From an uncultured Chloroflexia bacterium (GTDB lineage: Bacteria; Chloroflexota; Limnocylindria; Limnocylindrales; CSP1-4): a DNA stretch of 64,000 nucleotides. The stretch spans positions 1,467,248-1,531,247 of the forward strand of contig CAVTPA010000001.1 of the NCBI GenBank assembly GCA_963736545.1. Reading direction: 5' to 3'. The position numbers and the translations under genes are program-made. How positions within the stretch are numbered: position 1 is the first letter of the stretch; each line of letters begins with the position of its first letter. Below, piece by piece: positions 28,449-38,629 of this stretch. The notes beneath the pieces are model-generated. The model made no database searches. It had not been told where the DNA came from and saw only the letters and a list, made by a program, of their open reading frames with translations.

Positions 28449-29359
28449 CCCTTCGTGGAGCCCAGGGTGAGGCCGCTGATGAACTGCTTCTGGAGGGCGA
28501 AGAAGACGATGAGCGTCGGGATCGCGACCATGATGGCGCCGGCGGCGATCAGGTTGTTGTCGGTGAAGAACTGGCCCTTGAGGTTGGTTCAGGGCGGACG
28601 TGATCGGCCGCTTGTCGCCCGTGAACATGAGGACCAGGGCCCAGAAGAAGTCGTTGTAGATCCAGGTGAACTGGAGCGTGGCGAGGGCGGCCAGCGCCGG
28701 CCGCGTCAGCGGCATGATGACGCGTCCAGTACGTCCGCCAGACGCTCGCCCCGTCCACGACGGCCGCCTCGTTCAGCTCCTTCGGCAACGTCTTCATGTA
28801 GTTGCTGAGGACGAACGTGCAGAAGCCCAGCTGGAAGGCGACGTGGATCAGCCATGATCCCGAGGTACGAGTCGTAGACGCGCCCGTTGTCGTTCAGGAG
28901 CTCGGGCAGCGGCAGGAGGTTGTAGAGCCGGAACAGCGGGGTGATGATGACCTGCGGCGGCAGCAGGTTGCCCGCCGTGAAGATCATCAGCAAGACGAGG
29001 TTGAAGCGCCAGCTGTAGCGCGACACGGCGAACGCCATCATCGAGGCCAGCAGGAGCACGAGGATGACGGCCGGGACGACGATGATGAGCGTGTTGATGA
29101 AGTACTTGACGAGCTCGCCCTTGGTCCAGGCGTTGATGTAGTTGTCGAGGTTGTACACGCCCCCGATCGAGACGTAGCCGAGCCGGTTCGTCTCGTCGTA
29201 CGGGCGGAACGACGTGTAGACGGCCCACGCGATCGGGAAGAGCCAGACGAGGCTGATCGCGATCAGGAAGGCATGGAGGCCCCACCGCCGGAGCTGCTTC
29301 CTGCGCCGCGCCGCGCTGCCGTCGTAGGTGCCGGCCGGCTCGATCGCGATCTCGGTCAC
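28445..29359 (-). pseudogene. Carbohydrate ABC transporter permease (MalG/CUT1-type), frameshifted
   Basis: GTG at 29359 overlaps the upstream stop (GTGA). VTEIAIEP...LFPIAWAVYTSF..., MKTLPKELNEAAVVDGAS, FTWIYNDFFWALVLMFTGDKRPIT and the C-terminus ...[19 protein letters not shown] lie in different frames. Confidence 0.75.
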
Positions 29360-30331
29360 TCGTTCTCCTCCCGGAGGGCGCGGACGAGGTAGACGATGAT
29401 CGGGCCGACCGCGACCACGAGCAGGACGACGGCGATCGCCGACCCGAACCCGATCCGGCTCGTCTCGCCGATGATGTTGTTGGTCATGAGCGTGGAGAGC
29501 AGCTCCAGGCCGTTGAGGCCCTTGTTGATGATGAAGGCGATGTCGAACGCGCGGAGCGACTCGATCACCGTGATCACGAGGACCACGATGTTGATCGGCT
29601 TCATCACCGGGAAGACGACCCGGAAGAACGTCTGCGCTCGCTCGCGCCGTCGATCGCGGCGGCCTCCCGCAGGGCGGGGTCGACGGCCTTGAGGCCGGCC
29701 AGGTAGAGGACCATGATGTAGCCCGACGTGGCGCCAGCTCGCCGCGACGAGGACGGCCCACAGGTTGATGTTCGGGTCGCCGAGCCACGAGATCTGGTTG
29801 CCCTGCGCCGTCCTGCCCAGGATGTTGTTGATGAACCCCTGCTCCGGGGCGTAGATGAGGATCCAGATGAAGCCGACGATCGCCAGCGAGAGGACGACCG
29901 GCATGTAGAGCACGCTCTGGTAGATCCGGGTGCCGCGGATGTTCTTGTCGAGCAGGACCGCGAGGAACATGCCGAGCGGCGTCGCGATGAGCAGGAAGAA
30001 GATCAGCCAGATGATGTTGTGCCTGAGCGCCGGCCAGAACGGCGGGTAGACGTTGACGAGGTTCTCGTAGTTCTTCAGCCCGATGAACTTGATCGCGTCG
30101 AGCCCGCCGATGCCGTTCCAGCTGGTGAACGAGAGGACGACCGAGGCGAGGGTCGGCAGCCAGATGAGGACGACGACGAGGAACGTCGGGATGCCCACCA
30201 TGAGGCCGAGCGTGATCTTGTCGCGCCGGGTGAGCAGGCTGAAGCGCCGCCGACGGCGCGGCGAATGCTCCCGCCCCGCCGGCGGAGGCCGGCGGGGCGG
30301 GAGGCACCGAGGTCGTGCCTTGAGCGGTCAC
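29356..30331 (-). pseudogene. Carbohydrate ABC transporter permease (MalF/CUT1-type), frameshifted
   Basis: ORF 29356..30201 holds most of the protein. A compensated double shift at about 29640-29740 replaces the EAA-loop region, and the N-terminus (GTG at 30331) is in another frame. Confidence 0.7.
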
Positions 30332-30354
30332 GGTCGGTAGGTTACGGCGCCTGT

Positions 30355-31707
30355 CTACTCCTGCGGAGGCAGGGTGTCGTAGAAGGCCTGGATCTCACCC
30401 AGGAACACGTCGAGGTCCTGGTTCGGGTCGGTCAGGAAGTCGATGAGGAAGCCCTGCATGCCCGTTCGGCCCGGCGAAGTCGGCCCGCGTGTCGCGGTCG
30501 AGGAACTGGGCGATGTTGCCGGCGTTCTCCGATGACTTCGGCCGACATCTTCTGGACGTCGGTGTAGCCGCTCGTGTCGGCCATCGGCGAGACGGCGACG
30601 CTGCCGATGCCGGGGCTGGTCACGTAGACGACCTGGGCCTCGGGGGTGGCGAGGCACTCCAGGAAGGCCTTGGCGGCGTCGGGGTTCTTCGGGTTGGCGC
30701 TCAGCATGAAGCCGTCGATCGGGGCGTCGATCGCCTTCTCGCCGTCGAACTCGGTGCCGAGCAGCGGGAACGGGAAGAAGTCGAGTCGTCGGTGCCGAAC
30801 TCGACCGGCCTGCTCGACCGCGAACGTGCCGAGGAAGTACATGCCGGCGCCTTCTCGACGAGCGCGGCCTGCGCGGCGTCCTGCCACGTGCGGCCGGGAG
30901 CGCCCTCCTGGAAGTACGGGAGGAGGTCACGCCAGTACTCGAAGACGGCCTTGGTCTTCGGGTCGTTCCACTTCTCCGTGCCGGCCATCAGGCCGACGTG
31001 GAAGTCGTAGCCGTTCAGGCGCATGTTGAGGATGTCGAACGTGCCCATCGCCGGCCAGCCGTCCTGGTCGCCGAAGGCGAGCGGGACGAGGCCGTCGGCC
31101 TTCATCTTGTCGCCGAGGGTCTTGAACTCGTCGATCGTCGTCGGGATCGTGTAGCCCTTCTCCTCGAAGAGGCTCTTCCGGTAGAGGACGACCCACGGGT
31201 AGTTGTAGAACGGGATGAAGTACTGCTTCCCGTCGTCGCCGGCGACGCCGCCTTGAAGGCTCGGGGTAGTGTACTGCTCGATCTCGGCCCACACGTCGTG
31301 ATCGGCGACAGCGAGGCCCTGGACGGCGAAGAAGCGCATCGCGGTAGCCGGCGAACCACGTGAACGACGTCGTCCGGCGTGCCCTGGAGATACGAGCTGA
31401 TCTGGTCCTGGAACGTGCCGTGGTCGACGATGTTGATCTTGACGGTGATGCCCGTCTGCTCCTGGCAGTAGTCGACGATCGCCTGGACGGCGTTCTTCGG
31501 GCTCTCGTCGCTCTCGTTCGAGCCGAGGGTGGTCTCGCCGAGGCCCTCCGGCGGGGTGGACGGTGCCTCGGTCGCGGGCGCCGAGGTGTCGGACGGTGCC
31601 TCGGTCGCCGGCGCGTTCGTCGCGGCGTTCGAGCACGCGGTCACCAGCAGCGCCATGGTCGCCAGTCCGACCAGCGCGCGATGTCGCATGGTGATAGCTC
31701 CTGCCAT
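30355..31707 (-). pseudogene. Sugar ABC transporter substrate-binding lipoprotein, frameshifted
   Basis: ATG at 31707, 6 nt after GGAGGA. Lipobox LVTACS. Homologous segments lie in ORFs 31102..31707, 30701..31846, 30432..30887 and 30355..30930. Confidence 0.75.
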
Positions 31708-31866
31708 CGTTGCTCCTCCAAAGGGACCTGCGACAGAATCGAACAGGTTCGCTCGCAGTGTGCGCGCCCGCTTCGGTCCGTGTCAAGGCTGCTGCCCCGC
31801 TGAACGGCGGCATTCTGTGCGACTCCGTTGACTTTCGTGCGTTCATGGCGCACTCTTCCGTCCACC

Positions 31867-32746
31867 ATGCAGGAAGGACGCGTCGCCGAGTCGGGCCGAG
31901 GCGAGGCTGCGCCGCCGGTGGACGGCAGCCGCGTGCTGCTCGCCCGCCAGCGCCAGACCCGGATCCTCGAGCGGGTCCGCGAGGACGGTGCGGTCCGGGT
32001 CGCGGAGCTGGCCCGCGAGCTCGGCGTCTCCGACATGACGGTCCGGCGCGACCTGGAGGTCCTCAGCGATCGCGGGCTCCTGGAGAAGGTGCACGGCGGC
32101 GCGACCACCGCTCGACGGACCGCTCGCTCTTCGAGCCGAGGTTCGCGGCCAAGTCGTCTCTCCAGCAGGCCGAGAAGGACGCCATCGCCGCGGCCGCGGC
32201 GACCCTCGTCGAGCCGGGAATGGCGATCGCGCTCTCGGCCGGGACGACGACGTACGCGCTTGCCCGGCAGCTCGTCGACACTGCCCGGACTCACCGTGGT
32301 CACCAACTCGATCCCCGTCTCGGACGTCCTCCACCACGGACGGCCGGCCGGACCAGACGATCATCCTCACCGGCGGCGTCCGGACGCCGTCGGAGGCGCT
32401 CGTCGGGCCGTTCGCGGTGGCCGCCCTGCGCACGGTCCACGTCGACCTCGTGTTCATGGGCGTGCACGGCATGGACCCCCACTCGGGGTTCACCTGTCCC
32501 AACCTCCTCGAGGCCGACACGGACCGGGCGCTCATCGAGGCGGGGCGGCGCCTCGTGGTCGTCGCCGACCACACGAAGTGGGGCGTGATCGGGATCAGCT
32601 CGATCGCCCGGCTCGACCAGGCCGACGTCCTCATCACCGATCGCGGGATACCGAGGGAGGCGCGCCCGGAGCTCGAGCGCGCCGTCCGCCAGCTCGCCGT
32701 CGTCGATCCCGACGCGACCGAGAGGGCCACGATCGATGTCAGCTGA
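31867..32746 (+). pseudogene. DeoR-family transcriptional regulator, frameshifted; start uncertain
   Basis: HTH part (RQTRILERVREDGAVRVAELARELGVSDMTVRRDLEVL) is in the 31828 frame. Sugar-binding parts (AIALSAGTTTYALARQL, LTVVTNSIPV, VDLVFMGVHGMD...VVADHTKW) are in other frames. Confidence 0.7.
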
Positions 32747-33864
32747 CGGGACCACGCAGGACGGCCTCCTCCCGCCGGCGCTGGCCGGCGACCCACATCG
32801 CCGCTACAACCCGCTGCTCGACGAGTGGGTCCTCGTCTCCGCGGGGCGCGACGCGCGCCCCTGGCAGGGCGCCCGCGAGCCCGAGGTCGTCCGCGATCGC
32901 CCGACCTACCTGCCCGACTGCTATCTCTGCCCCGGCAACGTCCGGGCCAACGGGGAGACGGAACCCCGCCTACGAATCGACGTTCGTGTTCACCAACGAC
33001 TTCTCGGCCCTTCGACCCGACACGTCGGAGGCGACGGTGGAGATGGGCCTCCTGCGGGCGGAGGGCGAGCGCGGGACCTGCCGCGTCGTGTGCTTCTCGC
33101 CCCGCCACGACCTGACGCTCGGCGCGATGCCCACGGCGGACATCACCCGCGTCGTCGACGTCTGGGCGGAGCAGACGGCGGAGCTCGGCGCACGCTACCG
33201 GTGGGTGCAGGTCTTCGAGAACCGGGGGGCGGCGATGGGCGCCTCCAACCCGCACCCTCACGGCCAGATCTGGGCCGGCAGCGCGCTTCCGGTGGAGGCT
33301 CGCCGCGAGAGCGCCTCGCAGGCCGGGTACCTCGCGGCCACCGGCCGGCGCCTGCTCCTCGACTACGTCGCCCAGGAGTCCGGCGGCCCGCGCGTCGTCG
33401 TCGAGACGGACGAGTGGCTCGCGGTCGTTCCGTTCTGGGCGGCGTGGCCGTTCGAGACCCTCGTCGTCCCCAAGCGGCCGGCCGCCCGCCTGCCGGACCT
33501 CGACGGGAACGCGGCCCGCGACCTGGCGCGCGTCCTCGGCGAGCTGCTCGGTCGCTACGACGGGCTGTTCCGCCAGTCGTTCCCGTACTCGATGGGCTGG
33601 CACCAGGCGCCGTTCGCCGGCCCGGCGGTGGCCGCCGACCGGGCGGCGGCCGAGACCGTCGTGGCGGCCGACGGCGCGGACCCGACCGCCGGTTGGCAGG
33701 TCCACGCCCACTTCTACCCGCCGCTCCTCCGGGCCAGGGTCCGCAAGTTCATGGTCGGCTACGAGCTCCTCGCCGAGACGCAGCGCGACCTCACGCCCGA
33801 GGACGCCGCCGAGCGCCTCCGCGACGTCGCGGTGCCCGCCGGCCACGCCTCCGAACACCGCTGA
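32736..33864 (+). pseudogene. galT: Galactose-1-phosphate uridylyltransferase, one frameshift near 32960
   Basis: N-terminus (HRRYNPLLDEWVLVS...CYLCPGN) is in ORF 32736 frame. The rest (NPAYESTFVFTNDF...ASNPHPHGQIWA...) is in frame 31828..33864. An extra G in acgGaacccc explains the shift. Confidence 0.8.
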
Positions 33865-33870
33865 GGGGAC

Positions 33871-36096
33871 ATGCCCGCCACCTGGGACGCCGCGACGAGC
33901 GAGCTCCATCTCCACAACGGTCGCGTCAGCTACGTGGCCCGCATCCTCGAGGACGGGTCGTTCGGGCATCTCCACTTCGGCGCGCCGCTGGCGGCCGGAC
34001 GCTCGTACGCCCACGTCGCGCGGCGGCCCTTCAACGGGTTCACGAACCGGCTCGGCGACCCGGTGGCCCGCGAGTACCCGACGGGCGGCAGCGGCGACTT
34101 CCGCATCCCCGCCCTCGTCGTCGAGCCGGCCGACGGCTCGCCGGTCCTCCACCTCGCGTTCCGCGACGCGCGCGTGACCCCGGGCAAGCCGGCGCTTCCC
34201 GGCCTGCCGGCCACGTACGCCGAGGACGACCGCGAGGCGAGCACCGCCGAGATCGTGCTCGTCGACGAGCCGAGCGGGATCGAGGTGACCGTCCGCTACA
34301 CGATCTTCGCCGCGTACCCGGCGATTGTCCGCAGCGCCACGATCCGCAACCGCGGGACCGCTCCCGTCCGCGTCCGCTGCGCGATGAGCGCCTCGCTCGA
34401 CCTCCCGGACACCGACTGGGCGCTCGTCACGCTCGACGGTGCCTGGTCGCGGGAGCGCCACGTGGCGTCACGGCCGCTCGCCCCCGGCCGCCAGTCGGTG
34501 GGCAGCGGGCGCGGCACGTCGAGCGCCGAGCACAACCCGTTCATCGCGCTCCGCCGGCCGGCGACGACCGAGGAGCACGGCGAGGCCTACGGCTTCAGCC
34601 TCGTCTACTCCGGCAACTTCCGGGCGGAGGCGGAGGTCGAACCCTTCGGGACGGCACGGATCCGGATCGGGATCGAGCCCGACGGCTTCGCCTGGACGCT
34701 CGCGCCCGGCGAGGAGCTCACGACGCCCGAGGCCGTCCTGGTCTACAGCGGTGCCGGCCTCGACGAGCTCTCGGCGGCGTACCACGACCTCTTCGGGAAG
34801 CGGCTCGCGCGGGGCCCCTGGCGCGACCGGCCGCGGCCGGTCCTCCTCAACAGCTGGGAGGGCGTCTACTTCGACTTCGACGAGAACACCCTCGTCGACA
34901 TGGCGGCGGCCGCGCGCGACCTCGGTGTCGAGCTCTTCGTCCTCGACGACGGCTGGTTCGGCGAGCGGGACGACGACACGAGCTCGCTCGGCGACTGGTT
35001 CGTCGACCGGCGCAAGCTCCCCGGCGGCCTCGAGGCCGTCGCCCGCCGGGTCCGCGACCTGGGTCTCGACTTCGGCCTCTGGATCGAGCCGGAGATGGTC
35101 AACCCGCGGAGCCGGCTCTTCGAGGCGCATCCCGACTGGGCGATCGGCGTCCCCGGCCGCCCGCGGACGGAGAGCCGCCAGCAGCTCGTGCTCGACCTCT
35201 CGCGGCCGGAGGTCGTCGATCACCTGTTCGGGATGCTCCGCGACGTCCTCGCGAGCGCCCCGATCTCGTACGTCAAGTGGGACATGAACCGGGCCCTGAC
35301 CGAGCCGTACTCGGTCTCGCTCCCGCCGGACCGCCAGGGCGAGCTGTTCCACCGCCACATCCTCGGCGCGTACGAGCTGTGGCGGCGGCTCACGGAGGCG
35401 TTCCCCGACGTCCTTTTCGAGTCCTGCGCAAGCGGCGGCGCCCGCTTCGACCCCGGCCTCCTCGCCTTCGCGCCGCAGGCCTGGACGAGCGACGACACCG
35501 ACGCGATCGAGCGGCTGGCGATCCAGTGGGGGACGTCGCTGGCGTACCCCCTGAGCTCCATGGGGGCCCACGTCTCGGCCGTGCCGAATCACCAGGTCGG
35601 CCGCGTCACGCCCCTCGCGACGCGGGCCGCGGTCGCCTTCTTCGGGGTCTTCGGCTACGAGCTGGACCCGCGGCATCTCTCCGACACCGACCGCGCCGAG
35701 ATCCGCGACCAGGTCGCCTTCTACACGGACCACCGCGACGTCCTGCAGTTCGGCCGATTCCACCGGCTGCGGAGCCCGTTCGAGGGCGACGGCAACGCGA
35801 CGGCCTGGATGAGCGTGGCGCCCGACCGGTCCCGCGCGGTGGTCGGCTGGTACCGGGTCCTCAACCGGGCCGACCCGGGGCCGGAGCGGCTCCGCCTGCG
35901 CGGCCTCGACCCGGCGCGCCGGTACCGGGTGACCCCGTGGCCGCCGACCGGCGACCGCTTCGAGCGGGTCAACGCCCTCGTTCGCGGCGGCGACGACCTC
36001 ATGCACGTCGGGCTCTTCTTCGAGGCGACGCGCCACGAGGCCCCGGCCCTCGGCGACTTCCACGCCCGCATCTTCGCCCTCGACGCGGTGGACTGA
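33871..36096 (+). CDS. GH36 alpha-galactosidase (melibiase), intact
   Basis: 741 aa uninterrupted ORF with typical GH36 blocks: NSWEGVYFDFDE, LFVLDDGWF, YVKWDMNR, ESCASGGARFD. Confidence 0.85.
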   Translation: MPATWDAATSELHLHNGRVSYVARILEDGSFGHLHFGAPLAAGRSYAHVARRPFNGFTNRLGDPVAREYPTGGSGDFRIPALVVEPADGSPVLHLAFRDARVTPGKPALPGLPATYAEDDREASTAEIVLVDEPSGIEVTVRYTIFAAYPAIVRSATIRNRGTAPVRVRCAMSASLDLPDTDWALVTLDGAWSRERHVASRPLAPGRQSVGSGRGTSSAEHNPFIALRRPATTEEHGEAYGFSLVYSGNFRAEAEVEPFGTARIRIGIEPDGFAWTLAPGEELTTPEAVLVYSGAGLDELSAAYHDLFGKRLARGPWRDRPRPVLLNSWEGVYFDFDENTLVDMAAAARDLGVELFVLDDGWFGERDDDTSSLGDWFVDRRKLPGGLEAVARRVRDLGLDFGLWIEPEMVNPRSRLFEAHPDWAIGVPGRPRTESRQQLVLDLSRPEVVDHLFGMLRDVLASAPISYVKWDMNRALTEPYSVSLPPDRQGELFHRHILGAYELWRRLTEAFPDVLFESCASGGARFDPGLLAFAPQAWTSDDTDAIERLAIQWGTSLAYPLSSMGAHVSAVPNHQVGRVTPLATRAAVAFFGVFGYELDPRHLSDTDRAEIRDQVAFYTDHRDVLQFGRFHRLRSPFEGDGNATAWMSVAPDRSRAVVGWYRVLNRADPGPERLRLRGLDPARRYRVTPWPPTGDRFERVNALVRGGDDLMHVGLFFEATRHEAPALGDFHARIFALDAVD

Positions 36097-36191
36097 ACCC
36101 GGCGGCCGATGGCCGGCAGCGGCGGCGGCCCGGCGCGTCTCCGCGGCCGCCGGCGCCCGCGGGCGCCACCCTCAATCGCCGGACGATCGAC

Positions 36192-36500
36192 TCACCGGGA
36201 TTCGCCGAGGCGGAAGAGGTCCGCCGGGGTGCAGTCGAGCGCCTCGCAGATCGCCGTGAGCGTGGTGAACCGGATCGCGCGGGCCTTGCCGGTCTTCAGG
36301 ATCGAGAGGTTCGCCAGGGTGATCCCGGTCCTGGCGGACAGCTCCGTCAGCGTCACCCCACGGGCGTCGAGCACGGCGTCGAGGGTGCACACGATGCGAT
36401 GCGGGGGTGCGCCGAGCCCGTCATCGTCGGAGGCGGCGAGGGGCCCGGCGTCGGACGGGCCGGCGGGTCCGGCGACGTGGCCGTCCCGCTCAGACGACAC
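36192..36500 (-). CDS. XRE/YozG-type helix-turn-helix transcriptional regulator
   Basis: 102 aa. LDAVLDARGVTLTELSARTGITLANLSILKTGKARAIRFTTLTAICEALDCTPADLF. The start overlaps the upstream DUF2975 gene by 11 nt. Confidence 0.8.
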   Translation of the reverse strand: MSSERDGHVAGPAGPSDAGPLAASDDDGLGAPPHRIVCTLDAVLDARGVTLTELSARTGITLANLSILKTGKARAIRFTTLTAICEALDCTPADLFRLGESR

Positions 36501-37131
36501 CCTCGGCCTCCTCCGCCAGCTCGCCGCCCCGCCGGAAGGCGATCGCCAGGGCGCCGGCGACGGCGCCGAGCAGGAGAAGCCCGAGTTGCAGGTCCGGCTT
36601 GTCGAGGCTGATCCCGGACTCGCTCGTGCCCGGGCCGGACAAGCGCTCCTGGACCGCCGCCACCTCCGTGGCGATGGCGTCCCAGGCCGCGTCGTCGAGG
36701 AGGCCGTGCAGGATGGCGCCGCCGATGAGGACGACCGCGATCACCCGGAGCGCCCGGACGACGCCGGGGTGGAAGAAGTCCCCGGCATGCACGTGGCGGA
36801 AGATCTCGCCGAGCGCCACGGCGCTCACGACCAGCATCACGATCAGCAGCAGCGACGGCAGGGCAGAGAACCAGCGCACCGGCACGGAGATCTCCTCCGC
36901 CATGATGGCGTGGCCGTTGACCTCAGCGAAGCTGAACTGGGGCATTCCCGCGACGGGCAGCGGGCTCCACTCGGTGAAGGGCGGAACGCCGGCCCAGCGC
37001 TCGGCCCGGATCGTCTGGACGGCGCGCAACGCCGCCACGAAGATCATCCCGGCCGCGCCGAGCCATAGCAGCACGAACGCTGCGGCCAGGCCGGCCCGCG
37101 TCCGGCGGGGAGGGGTCTGGATCGAGCCCAT
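36490..37131 (-). CDS. DUF2975-like membrane protein (usual partner of YozG-type HTH regulators)
   Basis: 213 aa, 4-5 TM segments. The gene order DUF2975-HTH is a recurrent pair. Assignment rests on topology and context rather than on a strong motif. Confidence 0.55.
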   Translation of the reverse strand: MGSIQTPPRRTRAGLAAAFVLLWLGAAGMIFVAALRAVQTIRAERWAGVPPFTEWSPLPVAGMPQFSFAEVNGHAIMAEEISVPVRWFSALPSLLLIVMLVVSAVALGEIFRHVHAGDFFHPGVVRALRVIAVVLIGGAILHGLLDDAAWDAIATEVAAVQERLSGPGTSESGISLDKPDLQLGLLLLGAVAGALAIAFRRGGELAEEAEGVV

Positions 37132-37142
37132 GATGCCACTCC

Positions 37143-37159
37143 ATATCGATCATCGATAT
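37143..37159. promoter_or_regulatory. Perfect 17-bp palindrome ATATCGAT-C-ATCGATAT in an AT-rich island; candidate operator/promoter of the DUF2975-HTH operon
   Basis: Lies 12 nt upstream of the ATG at 37131. A third TATCGA half-site follows at 37160-37165. The segment 37141-37175 is about 70% AT within very GC-rich DNA. Confidence 0.5.
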
Positions 37160-37220
37160 TATCGACAAACAATAAGGGCGACCGGGACGGATGTCAAGTG
37201 GGCATACGGGGCCGGCTGCC

Positions 37221-37373
37221 GCGTTGCGTCGGGCGCGATCCTTCCTGCTCCGCGACGCCTGCGGCGGCCGCGTCGGGCCGGACCTGTGCGTGCCACGCGC
37301 CGGGCATGCCGGAACGGAGCTGTCGCGTCGAACCCCGGCGGTTCCAGGCAGGAAGGATGGCGTGGCACGCCAT
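37221..37373. repeat. Intergenic repeat with imperfect terminal inverted repeats (MITE/REP-like), copy 1
   Basis: Ends GCGTTGCGTCGGGCGCGATCCTTCCTGCT ... GCAGGAAGGATGGCGTGGCACGCCAT. Same end signature as the copies at 53385 and 55173. Confidence 0.55.
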
Positions 37374-37468
37374 CGGCGGCGAGGATCGCGGCGCAACGAG
37401 GCCGCGCCCGCCTCCCCGCACGACGAGGGCCGTGCACCCACCCGGGACGAGGGTCGCGGTCGCCTGGT

Positions 37469-38629
37469 CTACCGAAGGTTCGCGGATGGGATCCCCAGGA
37501 CCGACCGGACCTCGCGGGTGATCTCCAGGTCCTCGCGAGCCCGCAGGACGACGGCCCGGACGGCCGCCCCCGCCGCCCCGATGTCGGCGTCCGGCACGGC
37601 CGCGGCGTTCGCCGCCTCGTCGAGGGCGATCCCGAGGAAGCCGAGCCCGGCGGCGGCCAGACCACGGATCGCGGGGGCGTTCTCCCCCACCCCGCCGGTG
37701 AAGAGGATGACGTCGAGGCCGCCCATCGCCGCGGCCATCGCCGCGATCGAGCCGCGCAGGCGGTGGACGTACGCGTCGCGAGCGATCGTCGCGACCTCGT
37801 CGCCGGCGTCGGCGCGGGCGAGGACCTCGCGCATGTCGGCCGTCCCCGCGAGCCCGAGGAGCCCGGAGCGGTGCTCCAGGGTCGCGGCCAGCTCGGCCGG
37901 CGGCATCCCGACGTGCTCGAGGAGCCAGATCACGAGGCCCGGGTCCACGTTCCCGGAGCGGGTCGCCATGACCAGCCCCTCGAGCGGCGTGAAGCCCATG
38001 GTCGTGTCGACCGAGCGGCCGCCGGCGACCGCCGCGAGCGAGGCCCCGGCACCCAGGTGGCACGACACGATCCGGAGGTCCTCCGCCGGCCGCCCGACCA
38101 TCTCCGCGGCGCGCCGCGAGGCGTAGGCGTGGGAGAGGCCGTGGAATCCGTACCGTCGCAGGTCCCAGCGCTTCCGCCACTGGGGCGGCAGCGCGTACGT
38201 CGTCGCGGCCGGCGGCATCGCGGCGTGGAACGCGGTGTCGAAGCAGGCGACGGCCGGGACGTCGGGGAGCGCCGAGCGCACGGCCGCGAGGGCGGCGAGC
38301 GACTTCGGCTGGTGGAGCGGGGCGAGGTCGGTGAGCGCAGCGAGGCGCTCCTCCACCGCCTCGTCGAGGAGGACCGGGCCGCTGAAGAACGTGCCGCCGT
38401 GGACGATCCGGTGGCCGACCGCGTCCACGGGGCCGAGCTCGCGCATCGCCGCCGCGACGGCGGCGGCGTCGGTGGATCCACGCGGGGCCGGCAGATCGGC
38501 GGTGGCGGCCACCGTGTCGTCGGCGGCGAGGACGCGCAGCTTGAGGCTGCTCGACCCGGCGTTGACGACGAGGATCCGGCCGGCCTCCCCGGCCGCGGCG
38601 CCGCCGCCCTCAGCCACCTCCCCGCTCAA
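37469..38629 (-). CDS. ackA: Acetate kinase
   Basis: [39 protein letters not shown]. Start is either TTG at 38629 (TTGA overlap with the xfp stop) or GTG at 38617. Confidence 0.85.
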   Translation of the reverse strand: MSGEVAEGGGAAAGEAGRILVVNAGSSSLKLRVLAADDTVAATADLPAPRGSTDAAAVAAAMRELGPVDAVGHRIVHGGTFFSGPVLLDEAVEERLAALTDLAPLHQPKSLAALAAVRSALPDVPAVACFDTAFHAAMPPAATTYALPPQWRKRWDLRRYGFHGLSHAYASRRAAEMVGRPAEDLRIVSCHLGAGASLAAVAGGRSVDTTMGFTPLEGLVMATRSGNVDPGLVIWLLEHVGMPPAELAATLEHRSGLLGLAGTADMREVLARADAGDEVATIARDAYVHRLRGSIAAMAAAMGGLDVILFTGGVGENAPAIRGLAAAGLGFLGIALDEAANAAAVPDADIGAAGAAVRAVVLRAREDLEITREVRSVLGIPSANLR

